A DNA stretch of 64,000 bases from Ignavibacteria bacterium. Lineage in GTDB: Bacteria > Elusimicrobiota > Endomicrobiia > PHAN01. Below are positions 39,121 to 47,272 of this stretch, in pieces; the stretch's first letter is position 1; each line of letters starts with the position of its first letter. Below the pieces are notes generated by a model that saw only the letters and a program-made list of their open reading frames with translations, made no database searches and was not told the origin of the DNA. The position numbers and the translations under genes were made by a program. The stretch spans positions 12,544 through 76,543 of the forward strand of contig JBGFRZ010000032.1 in NCBI GenBank assembly GCA_041694835.1, written 5' to 3'.

Positions 39121-39203
39121 GTCATATCTTCATCCCTATGGGGTTGTATGCTCCTTCCTCACGCCTTGAAATCGCCTCAAACTTAGTTCTCCAAAATGTC
39201 AAT
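39121..39203. mobile_element. degenerate half-copy of MITE family B
   Basis: GTATGCT..TCCTC...TCGCCTCAAA...CAAAATGTCAAT aligns to the reverse complement of 55735-55800 and to 459-485. Confidence 0.55.
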
Positions 39204-39204
39204 A

Positions 39205-40137
39205 TTATTTTTTGGCAACCCCTATGTTTATGTAATGATTTGCGCCAAGCTCCCCTTTAGGATAATACCCGTAATCAAATTTAATCTTGCCAAAAGTTAA
39301 ACCTAATCCGAAGGTCACGCGCGACATAACAAAATCCCCTGTATCGTGTTCCCTGAAAGGATGACGGAAACCCGCCCTGATTGCCAGTATTTTTTCGACA
39401 GGCGCTTCCAACCCGACTTTGACCTCGCCGTTGTTTATTATGTCCTGCTCGGCCTCCAATACGAATCCCACTACATTGATTTTTTTGAATATGGTCAAAA
39501 AAACACTTGACGGTGCGAAGTTTGAAGGATTAAAAGCGCCGCCCAAATTTCTCGCGCCGATGCTGAAAAAAGACGTTTTGTCGACAATCTCGGTCAAAGC
39601 TAAATCTATTACGCGGCCGAAGTATGTGGCAGAATATAGTCTTTCCGCCACAACTTTTGTCGAAACACCGAAAGATGTACGGGGCTGAATCATAACCGAA
39701 TAAAACCCGCCTAAAACTAAATTGTATGTAAGGAATCTTCCTGATTCCTGATAAAGATAATTTTTATCCAAAATCGGAGCAGAAACCTGCGAGTGTTCGG
39801 CTCCGGAGTATGAAATGCAAAATCCGTATGCCCTTCCTTCTTTTTTGAAGAGAGCGCTTGCGTTTACAAAATTAGCGACGCCCCCCAGATGGCTGATACC
39901 TCCTGCAGCGACTTCGCTTTGATGCACGAGTACAGCGGAAGAAGGATTACTCCATGCCATAGTACCGTCGGAGGGACCGAAAAAGTTAACGCTTCCAAGC
40001 GACGCAAGTCTTGCGGAAAAAGGCAATTTCAAAAACTGAAAAGCGGCTGTTTCTTTACAGCACGCGCTCCTGGGGGCGGTAAGATACGTCATAATCAAGA
40101 ACCATTGAACTATCGCCGCCACAAAAAATTTTCTCAT
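39205..40137 (-). CDS. PorV/PorQ-like (UPF0164) outer-membrane barrel
   Basis: Signal peptide, FLKLPFSARLASLG, NPS and DYGYYPKGELGANHYI; ATGA overlap with the trpD stop. Confidence 0.72.
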   Translation of the reverse strand: MRKFFVAAIVQWFLIMTYLTAPRSACCKETAAFQFLKLPFSARLASLGSVNFFGPSDGTMAWSNPSSAVLVHQSEVAAGGISHLGGVANFVNASALFKKEGRAYGFCISYSGAEHSQVSAPILDKNYLYQESGRFLTYNLVLGGFYSVMIQPRTSFGVSTKVVAERLYSATYFGRVIDLALTEIVDKTSFFSIGARNLGGAFNPSNFAPSSVFLTIFKKINVVGFVLEAEQDIINNGEVKVGLEAPVEKILAIRAGFRHPFREHDTGDFVMSRVTFGLGLTFGKIKFDYGYYPKGELGANHYINIGVAKK

Positions 40138-41168
40138 TTTCCACAAATCCGTCTTAATTGTTCAAGTTTTTCAGCAGCCTTCCCAGAGTCGATTGACTCT
40201 TCGGCGACTTTAACGCCTTCAAGGATATCTTTCGATTTGCCAGCGGCGGCGATGGCTGCCGCTGCATTTATCACAACGATGTCTCTTTTGGGACCCCCTT
40301 CGCCATTCAGTATCTTTAATATCGTTGCTGCGTTCTCCCCGGCTCCTCCACCAGAAACATCGTCTTTTTTCGCTCTCTTAATGCCGAAATCCTCAGGCGC
40401 AATCATGTATGTTCTTACCACACCGTCTTTTAATTCGGAAACTTGCGTCTCGGCCGATACCGATATCTCGTCGACGGAGTCCATGCCATGCACAACGAAT
40501 GCCCTTTTCGTCCCGAGATTTTTAAGGACATATGCCACGGGCTCCGTAAGTTTTGCAAGGTAGACGCCAAGAACTTGAGCGTTGGCGCCAGCCGGATTAG
40601 TGAGCGGGCCCAACATATTGAATATCGTTCTTATACCGATCTCCCTTCTTGGGTTTATAGCGAATTTCATCGCCAGATGAATGTTGGGCGCGAACAAAAA
40701 ACCGAGCCCTATTTGATTGATGCACTCCTCAACTTTTTCCACCGCTAAATCGACATTTATTCCCATAGCTTCAAGTACGTCCGCGCTGCCGCATTTTGAG
40801 GAAACAGCGCGGTTTCCGTGTTTCGCCACGACGACGCCGATACCGGCAACTACGAACGCAGCGGCGGTAGAGACATTGAATGTCTTCGCATGGTCGCCGC
40901 CGGTGCCGCATGTGTCGACGATGGTTTTCCAATCTATCAACTTACATCCGTCGCTTCTTATCCTGATTTTGACGGCATGCATCCGCATGACGCGCGCTGC
41001 TCCCGTTATCTCGTCTATCGTCTCCCCCTTCATCCTAAGAGCGGTTATGAAAGACGCTATCTGGGAGTCGGTGGCATTACCTGACATTATCTCTTCTATA
41101 ACGGACGCTGTTTCTTCCTGAGTGAGGTTTTGCCCGATGACCACTTTGGATATCGCTTCTTTAATCAT
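40134..41168 (-). CDS. trpD: anthranilate phosphoribosyltransferase
   Basis: DTCGTGGD, FNVST, KHGNRAVSSKCGSAD and RTIFNMLGPLTNP; start MIKEAI overlaps the trpG stop. Confidence 0.97.
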   Translation of the reverse strand: MIKEAISKVVIGQNLTQEETASVIEEIMSGNATDSQIASFITALRMKGETIDEITGAARVMRMHAVKIRIRSDGCKLIDWKTIVDTCGTGGDHAKTFNVSTAAAFVVAGIGVVVAKHGNRAVSSKCGSADVLEAMGINVDLAVEKVEECINQIGLGFLFAPNIHLAMKFAINPRREIGIRTIFNMLGPLTNPAGANAQVLGVYLAKLTEPVAYVLKNLGTKRAFVVHGMDSVDEISVSAETQVSELKDGVVRTYMIAPEDFGIKRAKKDDVSGGGAGENAATILKILNGEGGPKRDIVVINAAAAIAAAGKSKDILEGVKVAEESIDSGKAAEKLEQLRRICGK

Positions 41169-41764
41169 TTGTCTGTCCCCAGAATAAAGTTTCTTATCAG
41201 TTTTTTTCCTTCCGATGTGAGAATCGACTCCGGATGAAATTGGACGCCCTCGACTATGTTTTTCGGCTTCCTCTTTGAGTGCGGCAGGAATTTTAAGCGA
41301 ACGCCCATTATCGTTCCGTCGGCGACCCACGAGGATATCTCAAAGCACTTCGGGAGCGTTTTTTTATCTGCTATCAATGAATGATACCGTGTTGCTTCAA
41401 AAGGATTCTTCAGACCATTGTATATCGTTTTCCCATCATGATGTATGAACGATGTTTTTCCGTGCATCAGCTTTTTCGACCTGATTATTTTTCCTCCGAA
41501 AGCCGCCACTATGCTCTGATGCCCCAGACAGACACCGAGAATGGGGAGTTTCCCCGCGAAAAATCTGACGGCTTCGACTGAAATTCCAGCCTCTGACGGC
41601 GTGCAAGGTCCAGGCGAAATCACTAAATGGGAAGGATTTAGTTCCTTTATGCCGGCTATAGAAATTTTGTCGTTTCTGAAAACCTTTATTCCGGCGGTGT
41701 ATTCGCCTATATACTGGACTAAATTATACACAAATGAATCGTAGTTGTCAATGACGACAATCAT
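41165..41764 (-). CDS. trpG: anthranilate synthase component II (glutamine amidotransferase)
   Basis: IDNYDSF, ISPGP, GVCLGHQ, RYHSL and QFHPES. Confidence 0.94.
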   Translation of the reverse strand: MIVVIDNYDSFVYNLVQYIGEYTAGIKVFRNDKISIAGIKELNPSHLVISPGPCTPSEAGISVEAVRFFAGKLPILGVCLGHQSIVAAFGGKIIRSKKLMHGKTSFIHHDGKTIYNGLKNPFEATRYHSLIADKKTLPKCFEISSWVADGTIMGVRLKFLPHSKRKPKNIVEGVQFHPESILTSEGKKLIRNFILGTDK

Positions 41765-41782
41765 TTTACCACCTGATATTGA

Positions 41783-41880
41783 TGCACAAGGCACAAGAGC
41801 ATAAGTCAAGAGCATAAGTGCACAAGAGCACAGTAAAAACCTCACCTCTCATCTCTATGCTCTATCTTCTATTCACTATT
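41783..41880. repeat. bipartite octamer/heptamer array
   Basis: GCACAAG(A/G)/GCATAAGT units, then CTCTCAT/CTCTATG/CTCTATC units. Confidence 0.75.
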
Positions 41881-43387
41881 TGTTATTTGCTTTGTATATC
41901 TTTTTAGAAAGTTCGATGGCCTTGAAAAGCCCCTTTGCCTTGTTCAATGTTTCCTGATACTCCCTCTCGGGGACCGAGTTGGCGACAATCCCGGCGCCAG
42001 CCTGAACGTATGCCGTTTTGTTCTTGTACACAATGGTTCTTATAGTTATCGCCATGTCCATATTGCCGCTGTATGAAAAATATCCGACGGCTCCGGCATA
42101 GGGACCCCGCCCGACGGTTTCGAGTTCGTTTATTATCTGCATTGCGCGCACTTTAGGGGCGCCGCTAACGGTGCCCGCCGGGAAGCACGCCCTGAAAAGG
42201 TCGAAGGAATCTATTTTTTTTCTCAGCTTTCCCGTAACTGTCGAAACCATATGTATCACGTGCGAATACTTCTCTATGTTCATAAGCTCCGTAACCCTGA
42301 TGGATTTTAAATCGCAGACCCTTGAAAGATCGTTTCTGCCCAAATCTACAAGCATTATGTGTTCCGCTTTTTCCTTCGGATCCGATGTCAGGGCGTTTAT
42401 CAATTTGATGTCGTCTTCGGCGGTTTTTCCCCTGTAACGCGTCCCCGCTATGGGCTTTGTCACGGCGATTTCATCCTCTCTCCTTACGAGTATTTCAGGC
42501 GAGGAGCCAATGATATAAAAATTTTTCAGATTGAAGTAATACATATAAGGGGATGGATTGACGATTCTGAGCGCTCTGTATATGTCAAAAGTCCTGGATG
42601 TAGTTTCGACATCAAACCTCTGAGAAAGAACCACCTGTATTATATCGCCGCTTTTTATATGTTTTTTAGCCGTGGCCACGTTTTCTATGAACTTTTTTTT
42701 CGAGATGTTCGGCCGAATTTTTGCATGACTTTTAGAAGTGCTGATTAACCGACATAGAGAGCGCGTTTTAATCCTTTTTATCGCGTCGTCGATATTTTTG
42801 CACGCATCCTTGTAAAGCGCAGGACTCATTTTTTTTGTTCTTACATCAATGCAAGACACTATTTTCATGGTATGATAAAGATGGTCGAATACTATCATGT
42901 TGTTGGTAATCATGAAAACCATCTCGGGCAGTTTAAGATCGCATGGCGGAAAAGCTGGCAGGTCCTCGATGAATTTCACTATATCGTAGGCGGCATAACC
43001 CACCGCACCGCCCCAGAATCTTGGAAGCTTTTCCGATTGAAAAGGAAGATAACCTTTCATTAGATTTTTTAGCTCTTCTATAGGATCTGAGTTTTTTTTC
43101 TTTGAAGAAAGTTTTCCTTGCACATATACCGACACCTCGCCGCTCTTCGAAATAAAAAGAGTATCGGGACGGTGCGATATAAAAGAATACCTACCCCACC
43201 TCTCACCTCCCTCGACACTTTCAAGGAGACACGAATATTTTTCTCCGGCGGCGACTTTAAGATATACGGAAACCGGCGTCTCAAAGTCCGCTATTATCTC
43301 CTTGTAAACCGGAATGAGATTGTATTTTCCGACAAGCTTTTTTACTTCGTTGAAAGTCAGCGAAAAATCACGCGATGTATTTTTCAT
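41876..43387 (-). CDS. trpE: anthranilate synthase component I
   Basis: LLESVEGGERWGRYS, NPSPYM, PIAGT, EHIMLVDLGRND and GTVSGAPK. Confidence 0.96.
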   Translation of the reverse strand: MKNTSRDFSLTFNEVKKLVGKYNLIPVYKEIIADFETPVSVYLKVAAGEKYSCLLESVEGGERWGRYSFISHRPDTLFISKSGEVSVYVQGKLSSKKKNSDPIEELKNLMKGYLPFQSEKLPRFWGGAVGYAAYDIVKFIEDLPAFPPCDLKLPEMVFMITNNMIVFDHLYHTMKIVSCIDVRTKKMSPALYKDACKNIDDAIKRIKTRSLCRLISTSKSHAKIRPNISKKKFIENVATAKKHIKSGDIIQVVLSQRFDVETTSRTFDIYRALRIVNPSPYMYYFNLKNFYIIGSSPEILVRREDEIAVTKPIAGTRYRGKTAEDDIKLINALTSDPKEKAEHIMLVDLGRNDLSRVCDLKSIRVTELMNIEKYSHVIHMVSTVTGKLRKKIDSFDLFRACFPAGTVSGAPKVRAMQIINELETVGRGPYAGAVGYFSYSGNMDMAITIRTIVYKNKTAYVQAGAGIVANSVPEREYQETLNKAKGLFKAIELSKKIYKANNK

Positions 43388-43754
43388 CGGGATTGAAGAA
43401 CCTTTTTTCTTCGATTAAAATTTTATTTTCTGATATTTTTCTGTAAAAACAGCTTCGATACCCCGTATGGCATGCGGCGATGCCGAGCTGCTCCACTTTT
43501 ATAAGAAGACAGTCGGCGTCGCAGTCGATGTAGAGCTCTTTTACCTTCTGAAGGTTCCCCGAGGTCTCGCCTTTTGTCCAGAGTTTTTTTCTAGACCGAC
43601 TCCAGTAAGTGGCGTTTCCGGTTTTTAGTGTCATTGAAAGAGAGTCGGCGTTCATATATGCGACCATAAGAACCCTGTTGTCCCTGTAATCCTGAACTAC
43701 AACAGGCACAAAGCCGTCTGAATCAAACTTAATTTGTTTTATTATTTCATCCAT
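43368..43754 (-). CDS. hisI: phosphoribosyl-AMP cyclohydrolase
   Basis: YWSRSR..LW.KGETSG, DCDAD and ACHTGYRSCF; monofunctional. Confidence 0.95.
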   Translation of the reverse strand: MDEIIKQIKFDSDGFVPVVVQDYRDNRVLMVAYMNADSLSMTLKTGNATYWSRSRKKLWTKGETSGNLQKVKELYIDCDADCLLIKVEQLGIAACHTGYRSCFYRKISENKILIEEKRFFNPDEKYIA

Positions 43755-43851
43755 AAGAACTCCAATTCCCCGCCTTGACAGGAACACCGTCCACATGGAC
43801 TCCAATGCCATTGAATACGGAGTCCGCAGCGGCTGGGGAAATCTGGAACCA

Positions 43852-44056
43852 TAGAGCACAAGAACACAAGTCAGAGGTCAGAGGTGAGAGATGAGAGAAT
43901 AGCGTATAGAGGATAGAGGATAGCAAATAGCAAATAGCGAATAGTGGTTGGTGACTGGTGACTTGTGGCTGGAGGAAATGAGCAACGAGCCACGAGCCAC
44001 TAATCCTCTGTCCTCTGTCCTCTGTCCTCTGTTCTCTGTCCCCTGTTCTCTGCTCT
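43852..44056. repeat. bipartite heptamer array
   Basis: AGAGGTC/AATAGCA/GGTGACT units, then CTCTGTC/CTCTGTT units. Confidence 0.88.
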
Positions 44057-44081
44057 CGGCGGTAATATTTTTCATTCGATG

Positions 44082-45098
44082 TTATATCCTGATCGGCACG
44101 CCTCTCTTTTTGAGGTAAAGTTTTAATTCTTTTATGCCGATTTCTCTAAAGTGAAAAAGAGAGGCGGCGAGGCATGCCGAAGCTTTAGCCTCCGCGAAAC
44201 CCTCGTAAAAATCTCCTTTTGAACCGGCTCCGCCCGAAGCTATGACTGGTATCGAGACTGCCTCAACCACGGATTTCGTCAGTTCGATATCATAACCGTC
44301 TTTTGTGCCGTCCTTGTCCATACTCGTGAGTAAAATCTCGCCCGCTCCCATTTTTTCAACGTATCTCGCCCATCTCACAACATCTAATCCAGTATTCTTT
44401 CTTCCGCCGTAAGTATAAACCTCCCATCTTAATCGAGAGGTGAGAGGTGAGAGGTCAGAGGTCAGAGATGAGAGGTGAGTTTTTTCTCTGTCCCCCGTTC
44501 TCTGTTCTCTGTTCTCTGTCTTCTGTCCCCTGTCCTCTGTCCTCTGTTCTCTGTCCTCTGTCCTCTGTCCTCTGTTTTCTGTCCTCTGCTGCTCTTGTGC
44601 ACTTGTGCTCTTGTGCACTTGTGCTCTGCCACTCTGTTCTCTGTCCTCTGTCCTCTGTTCTCTGTCTTCTGTCCTCTGTCCTCTGTTCTCCGCTCTCTGT
44701 CTTTTTGCGTCAATTGCTATGACTATGCATTGGCTCCCAAACTTTTTTGCCGCTCCTTTTATGAAATCCGGATTTTCTACGGCGGAGGTGTTGATTGAAA
44801 CTTTGTCGGCGCCGTTGGCCAGAAGCGTCTGAATATCTTTTAAATTTCTTACCCCGCCTCCAACGGTAAGTGGTATGAAGACGCTTTGCGCCGTTTTTTT
44901 TACGACATTTAAAAGTATCTTTCTTTTTTCGCAAGATGCGGTTATGTCGAGAAAAACAAGCTCGTCGGCGCTTTCTTTGTCGTACTTCTTTGCGACTTCA
45001 ACAGGGTCGCCCGCGTCCCTCAAATTCAAAAACCTCGTTCCCTTTACGACGCGACCGGCATTTACGTCCAAACAAGGAATTATTCTTTTAGTAAGCAT
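44082..45098 (-). CDS. hisF: imidazole glycerol phosphate synthase cyclase subunit with an ~86-aa repeat-derived insertion
   Basis: [43 protein letters not shown] and IASGGAG; 338 aa versus ~250 typical. Confidence 0.95.
   Translation of the reverse strand: MLTKRIIPCLDVNAGRVVKGTRFLNLRDAGDPVEVAKKYDKESADELVFLDITASCEKRKILLNVVKKTAQSVFIPLTVGGGVRNLKDIQTLLANGADKVSINTSAVENPDFIKGAAKKFGSQCIVIAIDAKRQRAENRGQRTEDREQRTEDREQSGRAQVHKSTSAQEQQRTENRGQRTEDREQRTEDRGQKTENREQRTGDREKTHLSSLTSDLSPLTSRLRWEVYTYGGRKNTGLDVVRWARYVEKMGAGEILLTSMDKDGTKDGYDIELTKSVVEAVSIPVIASGGAGSKGDFYEGFAEAKASACLAASLFHFREIGIKELKLYLKKRGVPIRI
44427..44702. repeat. in-frame bipartite heptamer array inside hisF
   Basis: Dozens of CTCTGTC/CTCTGTT units, CTTGTGC(A/T) octamers and AGAGGT(G/C) units between the codons for DAK and WEV. 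Confidence 0.92.
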
Positions 45099-45101
45099 TC
45101 T

Positions 45102-45821
45102 TTATTCGAATAAAGCAATCGCTGATTTAAGGTCGATATTCCCCTCGTAAATCGCTTTGCCTATTATTACGCCTTTTATGTTTTTATGTCCGAGATTTTT
45201 AATGACCGATATATCGTTTATATCCCTTACGCCTCCCGAAGCGATTATTCCCGTCCGACCCCGTGAAGCGAGATTGCGAATGAGTTCCAAGTTAAGACCA
45301 GAAAGCATGCCGTCACGACTGACGTCAGTGACTATAACTTCGCCTATACCTATTTTTCCGACGGTCATTATAAAATCTTCCGCACTTATTTCGGTTAATT
45401 TCCTCCAACCGTTTACAGCCACTTTTCCATTAACAACATCGCACGCAACGATTATCCTGCCCGGGAATTTTTCCGCGGCGCTCTCTAATGCATCCGGAGA
45501 TATCACAGCCAATGTACCTGCTATAACGTAATCGAAACCTTCGTTAATCAGGTCATTTATCTTTGCAAAATCCCTGACACCCCCTCCTATCTGTATTGGA
45601 ATTTTTACACTCGCTCTTATCTTTTTTATCACTTCAATGTTGGCGGGGCCGCCAAAAGCGGCGTCGAGATCGACGATATGGAGCCTTTTTACTCCGGCTT
45701 CCTGAAAAACTTGTGCGAGCGCCGACGGTTCTTCCGAATAAACACTCTCTCTGTCGGGATCGCCCTTTGTCAGCATGACGCACTTTGAGTTTCTGATGTC
45801 AATAGCGGGAATTATCAGCAT
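45102..45821 (-). CDS. hisA: ProFAR isomerase
   Basis: IIPAIDI, HIVDLD, QIGGGVR, TDVSRDGMLSG and IASGGV. Confidence 0.95.
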   Translation of the reverse strand: MLIIPAIDIRNSKCVMLTKGDPDRESVYSEEPSALAQVFQEAGVKRLHIVDLDAAFGGPANIEVIKKIRASVKIPIQIGGGVRDFAKINDLINEGFDYVIAGTLAVISPDALESAAEKFPGRIIVACDVVNGKVAVNGWRKLTEISAEDFIMTVGKIGIGEVIVTDVSRDGMLSGLNLELIRNLASRGRTGIIASGGVRDINDISVIKNLGHKNIKGVIIGKAIYEGNIDLKSAIALFE

Positions 45822-46441
45822 ATTTTCTCGATAAAATTCCTGATCAGTTTCAAACCCAACGAACCGCTTTTTTCAGGATGAAACTGACAAGCGAATATAT
45901 TCTCCTTGTAAACCGCCGAACAAAACTTTGCACCGTAATCCGTCGTAGATGCGATAATACTTTTATCCTCCGGTTCCACATAATACGAGTGAACGAAATA
46001 AAAATAAGAATCATCCTGTATTCCTTCGGAAACTTTGAACTTTGAACTTTGAACTTTGAACTTTATCTGGTTCCATCCCATATGAGGCACGAGCATTTTT
46101 GTTTCGTCGAACTTCCTTGAAAAACCCTTAAATATCCCAAGACCATTGCTTTTTCCTTCCTCACTTTTTTCGAAAAGGAGCTGAAGACCCAAACAAATGC
46201 CGAAAAAAGGTTTTTTTTCAATTATCCGCGGGAGACCTTCCCAGATACCCCTTTTTTTCAAGTTTCTTACCGCAACGTCAAACGACCCCACGCCTGGAAG
46301 CACGACGCAGTCGGCAGGGCTTATTTTTTTCATGCTGCCCGTAACTCCAACCCTCGCTCCAGATTTTTCAAAAGCTTTCGCCACACTCTGAAGATTCCCC
46401 ATGCCATAGTCAATGACGCAAACATTTATCGTGTTTCGCAT
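45815..46441 (-). CDS. hisH: imidazole glycerol phosphate synthase glutaminase subunit
   Basis: DYGMGNL, LPGVG, GICLGLQ, VPHMGWN, YFVHSY and QFHPEKS. Confidence 0.96.
   Translation of the reverse strand: MRNTINVCVIDYGMGNLQSVAKAFEKSGARVGVTGSMKKISPADCVVLPGVGSFDVAVRNLKKRGIWEGLPRIIEKKPFFGICLGLQLLFEKSEEGKSNGLGIFKGFSRKFDETKMLVPHMGWNQIKFKVQSSKFKVSEGIQDDSYFYFVHSYYVEPEDKSIIASTTDYGAKFCSAVYKENIFACQFHPEKSGSLGLKLIRNFIEKIC
46031..46064. repeat. perfect AACTTTG x4.9 tract inside hisH
   Basis: Direct reading; encodes KFKVQSSKFKV. Confidence 0.9.
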
Positions 46442-46477
46442 TTTTAATCACAAATTTTCAATCTTGAATGCTATATT

Positions 46478-46653
46478 GAGATTATTGAAAAACCCATCTT
46501 TTTCACTTAAAGGGCAGTTTCTTAACGGTTAAAAGTTTCAATCAGACCGCAAAACTCCTCGCTTTGCTCGTCAGACATTGCGGTCTAAACGATTTCAACT
46601 TTTAACCTGAAACTGCCAAATCGTTCAAAAAATTAAGGTTTTTCAACGAGCTC
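46478..46653. mobile_element. 176-bp MITE (family A, copy 3), TSD ATATT
   Basis: ATATT at 46473-46477 and 46654-46658; sits between hisB and hisH. Confidence 0.92.
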
Positions 46654-46656
46654 ATA

Positions 46657-47253
46657 TTAAAGAATCTCTTTCGTCGAAGGGATTCGTCCCTTGAGCCTAT
46701 TTTCGATTTTTACCGCTTGAAACAGTGCCTTTCCGAATCCTTTGAATATCGACTCCGCTATATGGTGGTTGTTTTCGCCCGAGTATTGTTTTATGTGGAG
46801 GTTCATGCCCGAAGCGTTTGAAATCGCCCTGAAAAATTCCTTGAGCAGCGAGTAGTCGAAATCTGACGGACAGGAGGTTTTTTTGAATTTTACGTGGTAC
46901 GATAAATAAGGCCTCCCCGACAAATCAACGGCCACGTAACTCAACGCCTCATCCATGGGCAACAAAAAATTGCCGTATCTCGAAATGCCTTTCTTTTTAC
47001 CGAGAGCCAACTTTATCGTCTCGCCAAGAACTATACCCAGGTCTTCCACAAGGTGATGTCCGTCTATATGTGTATCGCCGAGCGCGCTGATTTTCAAATC
47101 CGTCAAAGAGTGCTTTGAAAAAAGCGAGAGCATGTGGTCCATAAAGGGCAACGGCGTATTTATCGCGGATTTTCCGCTTCCTTCAAGATTAAGCGATATC
47201 CTTATCTGCGTTTCAGCGGTGTTTCTTACAACAATCGCTTTCCTTTTTTTCAT
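46657..47253 (-). CDS. hisB: imidazoleglycerol-phosphate dehydratase
   Basis: RNTAETQI, FMDHML, DGHHLVED, PMDEAL and NNHHIAES. Confidence 0.96.
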   Translation of the reverse strand: MKKRKAIVVRNTAETQIRISLNLEGSGKSAINTPLPFMDHMLSLFSKHSLTDLKISALGDTHIDGHHLVEDLGIVLGETIKLALGKKKGISRYGNFLLPMDEALSYVAVDLSGRPYLSYHVKFKKTSCPSDFDYSLLKEFFRAISNASGMNLHIKQYSGENNHHIAESIFKGFGKALFQAVKIENRLKGRIPSTKEIL

Positions 47254-47272
47254 ATTTTATCCGCTCCATTTT

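Noticed and set aside
44427-44702. Intein or group I/II intron in hisF
   Set aside because: No Cys/Ser start, His-Asn end or intron core; the sequence is low-complexity tandem repeat.
43878-44798. Cys/Leu/Ser-rich and Arg/Glu-rich ORFs (43878-44075, 44447-44722, 44462-44713, 44475-44798)
   Set aside because: Translations of stop-poor heptamer arrays, not independent genes.
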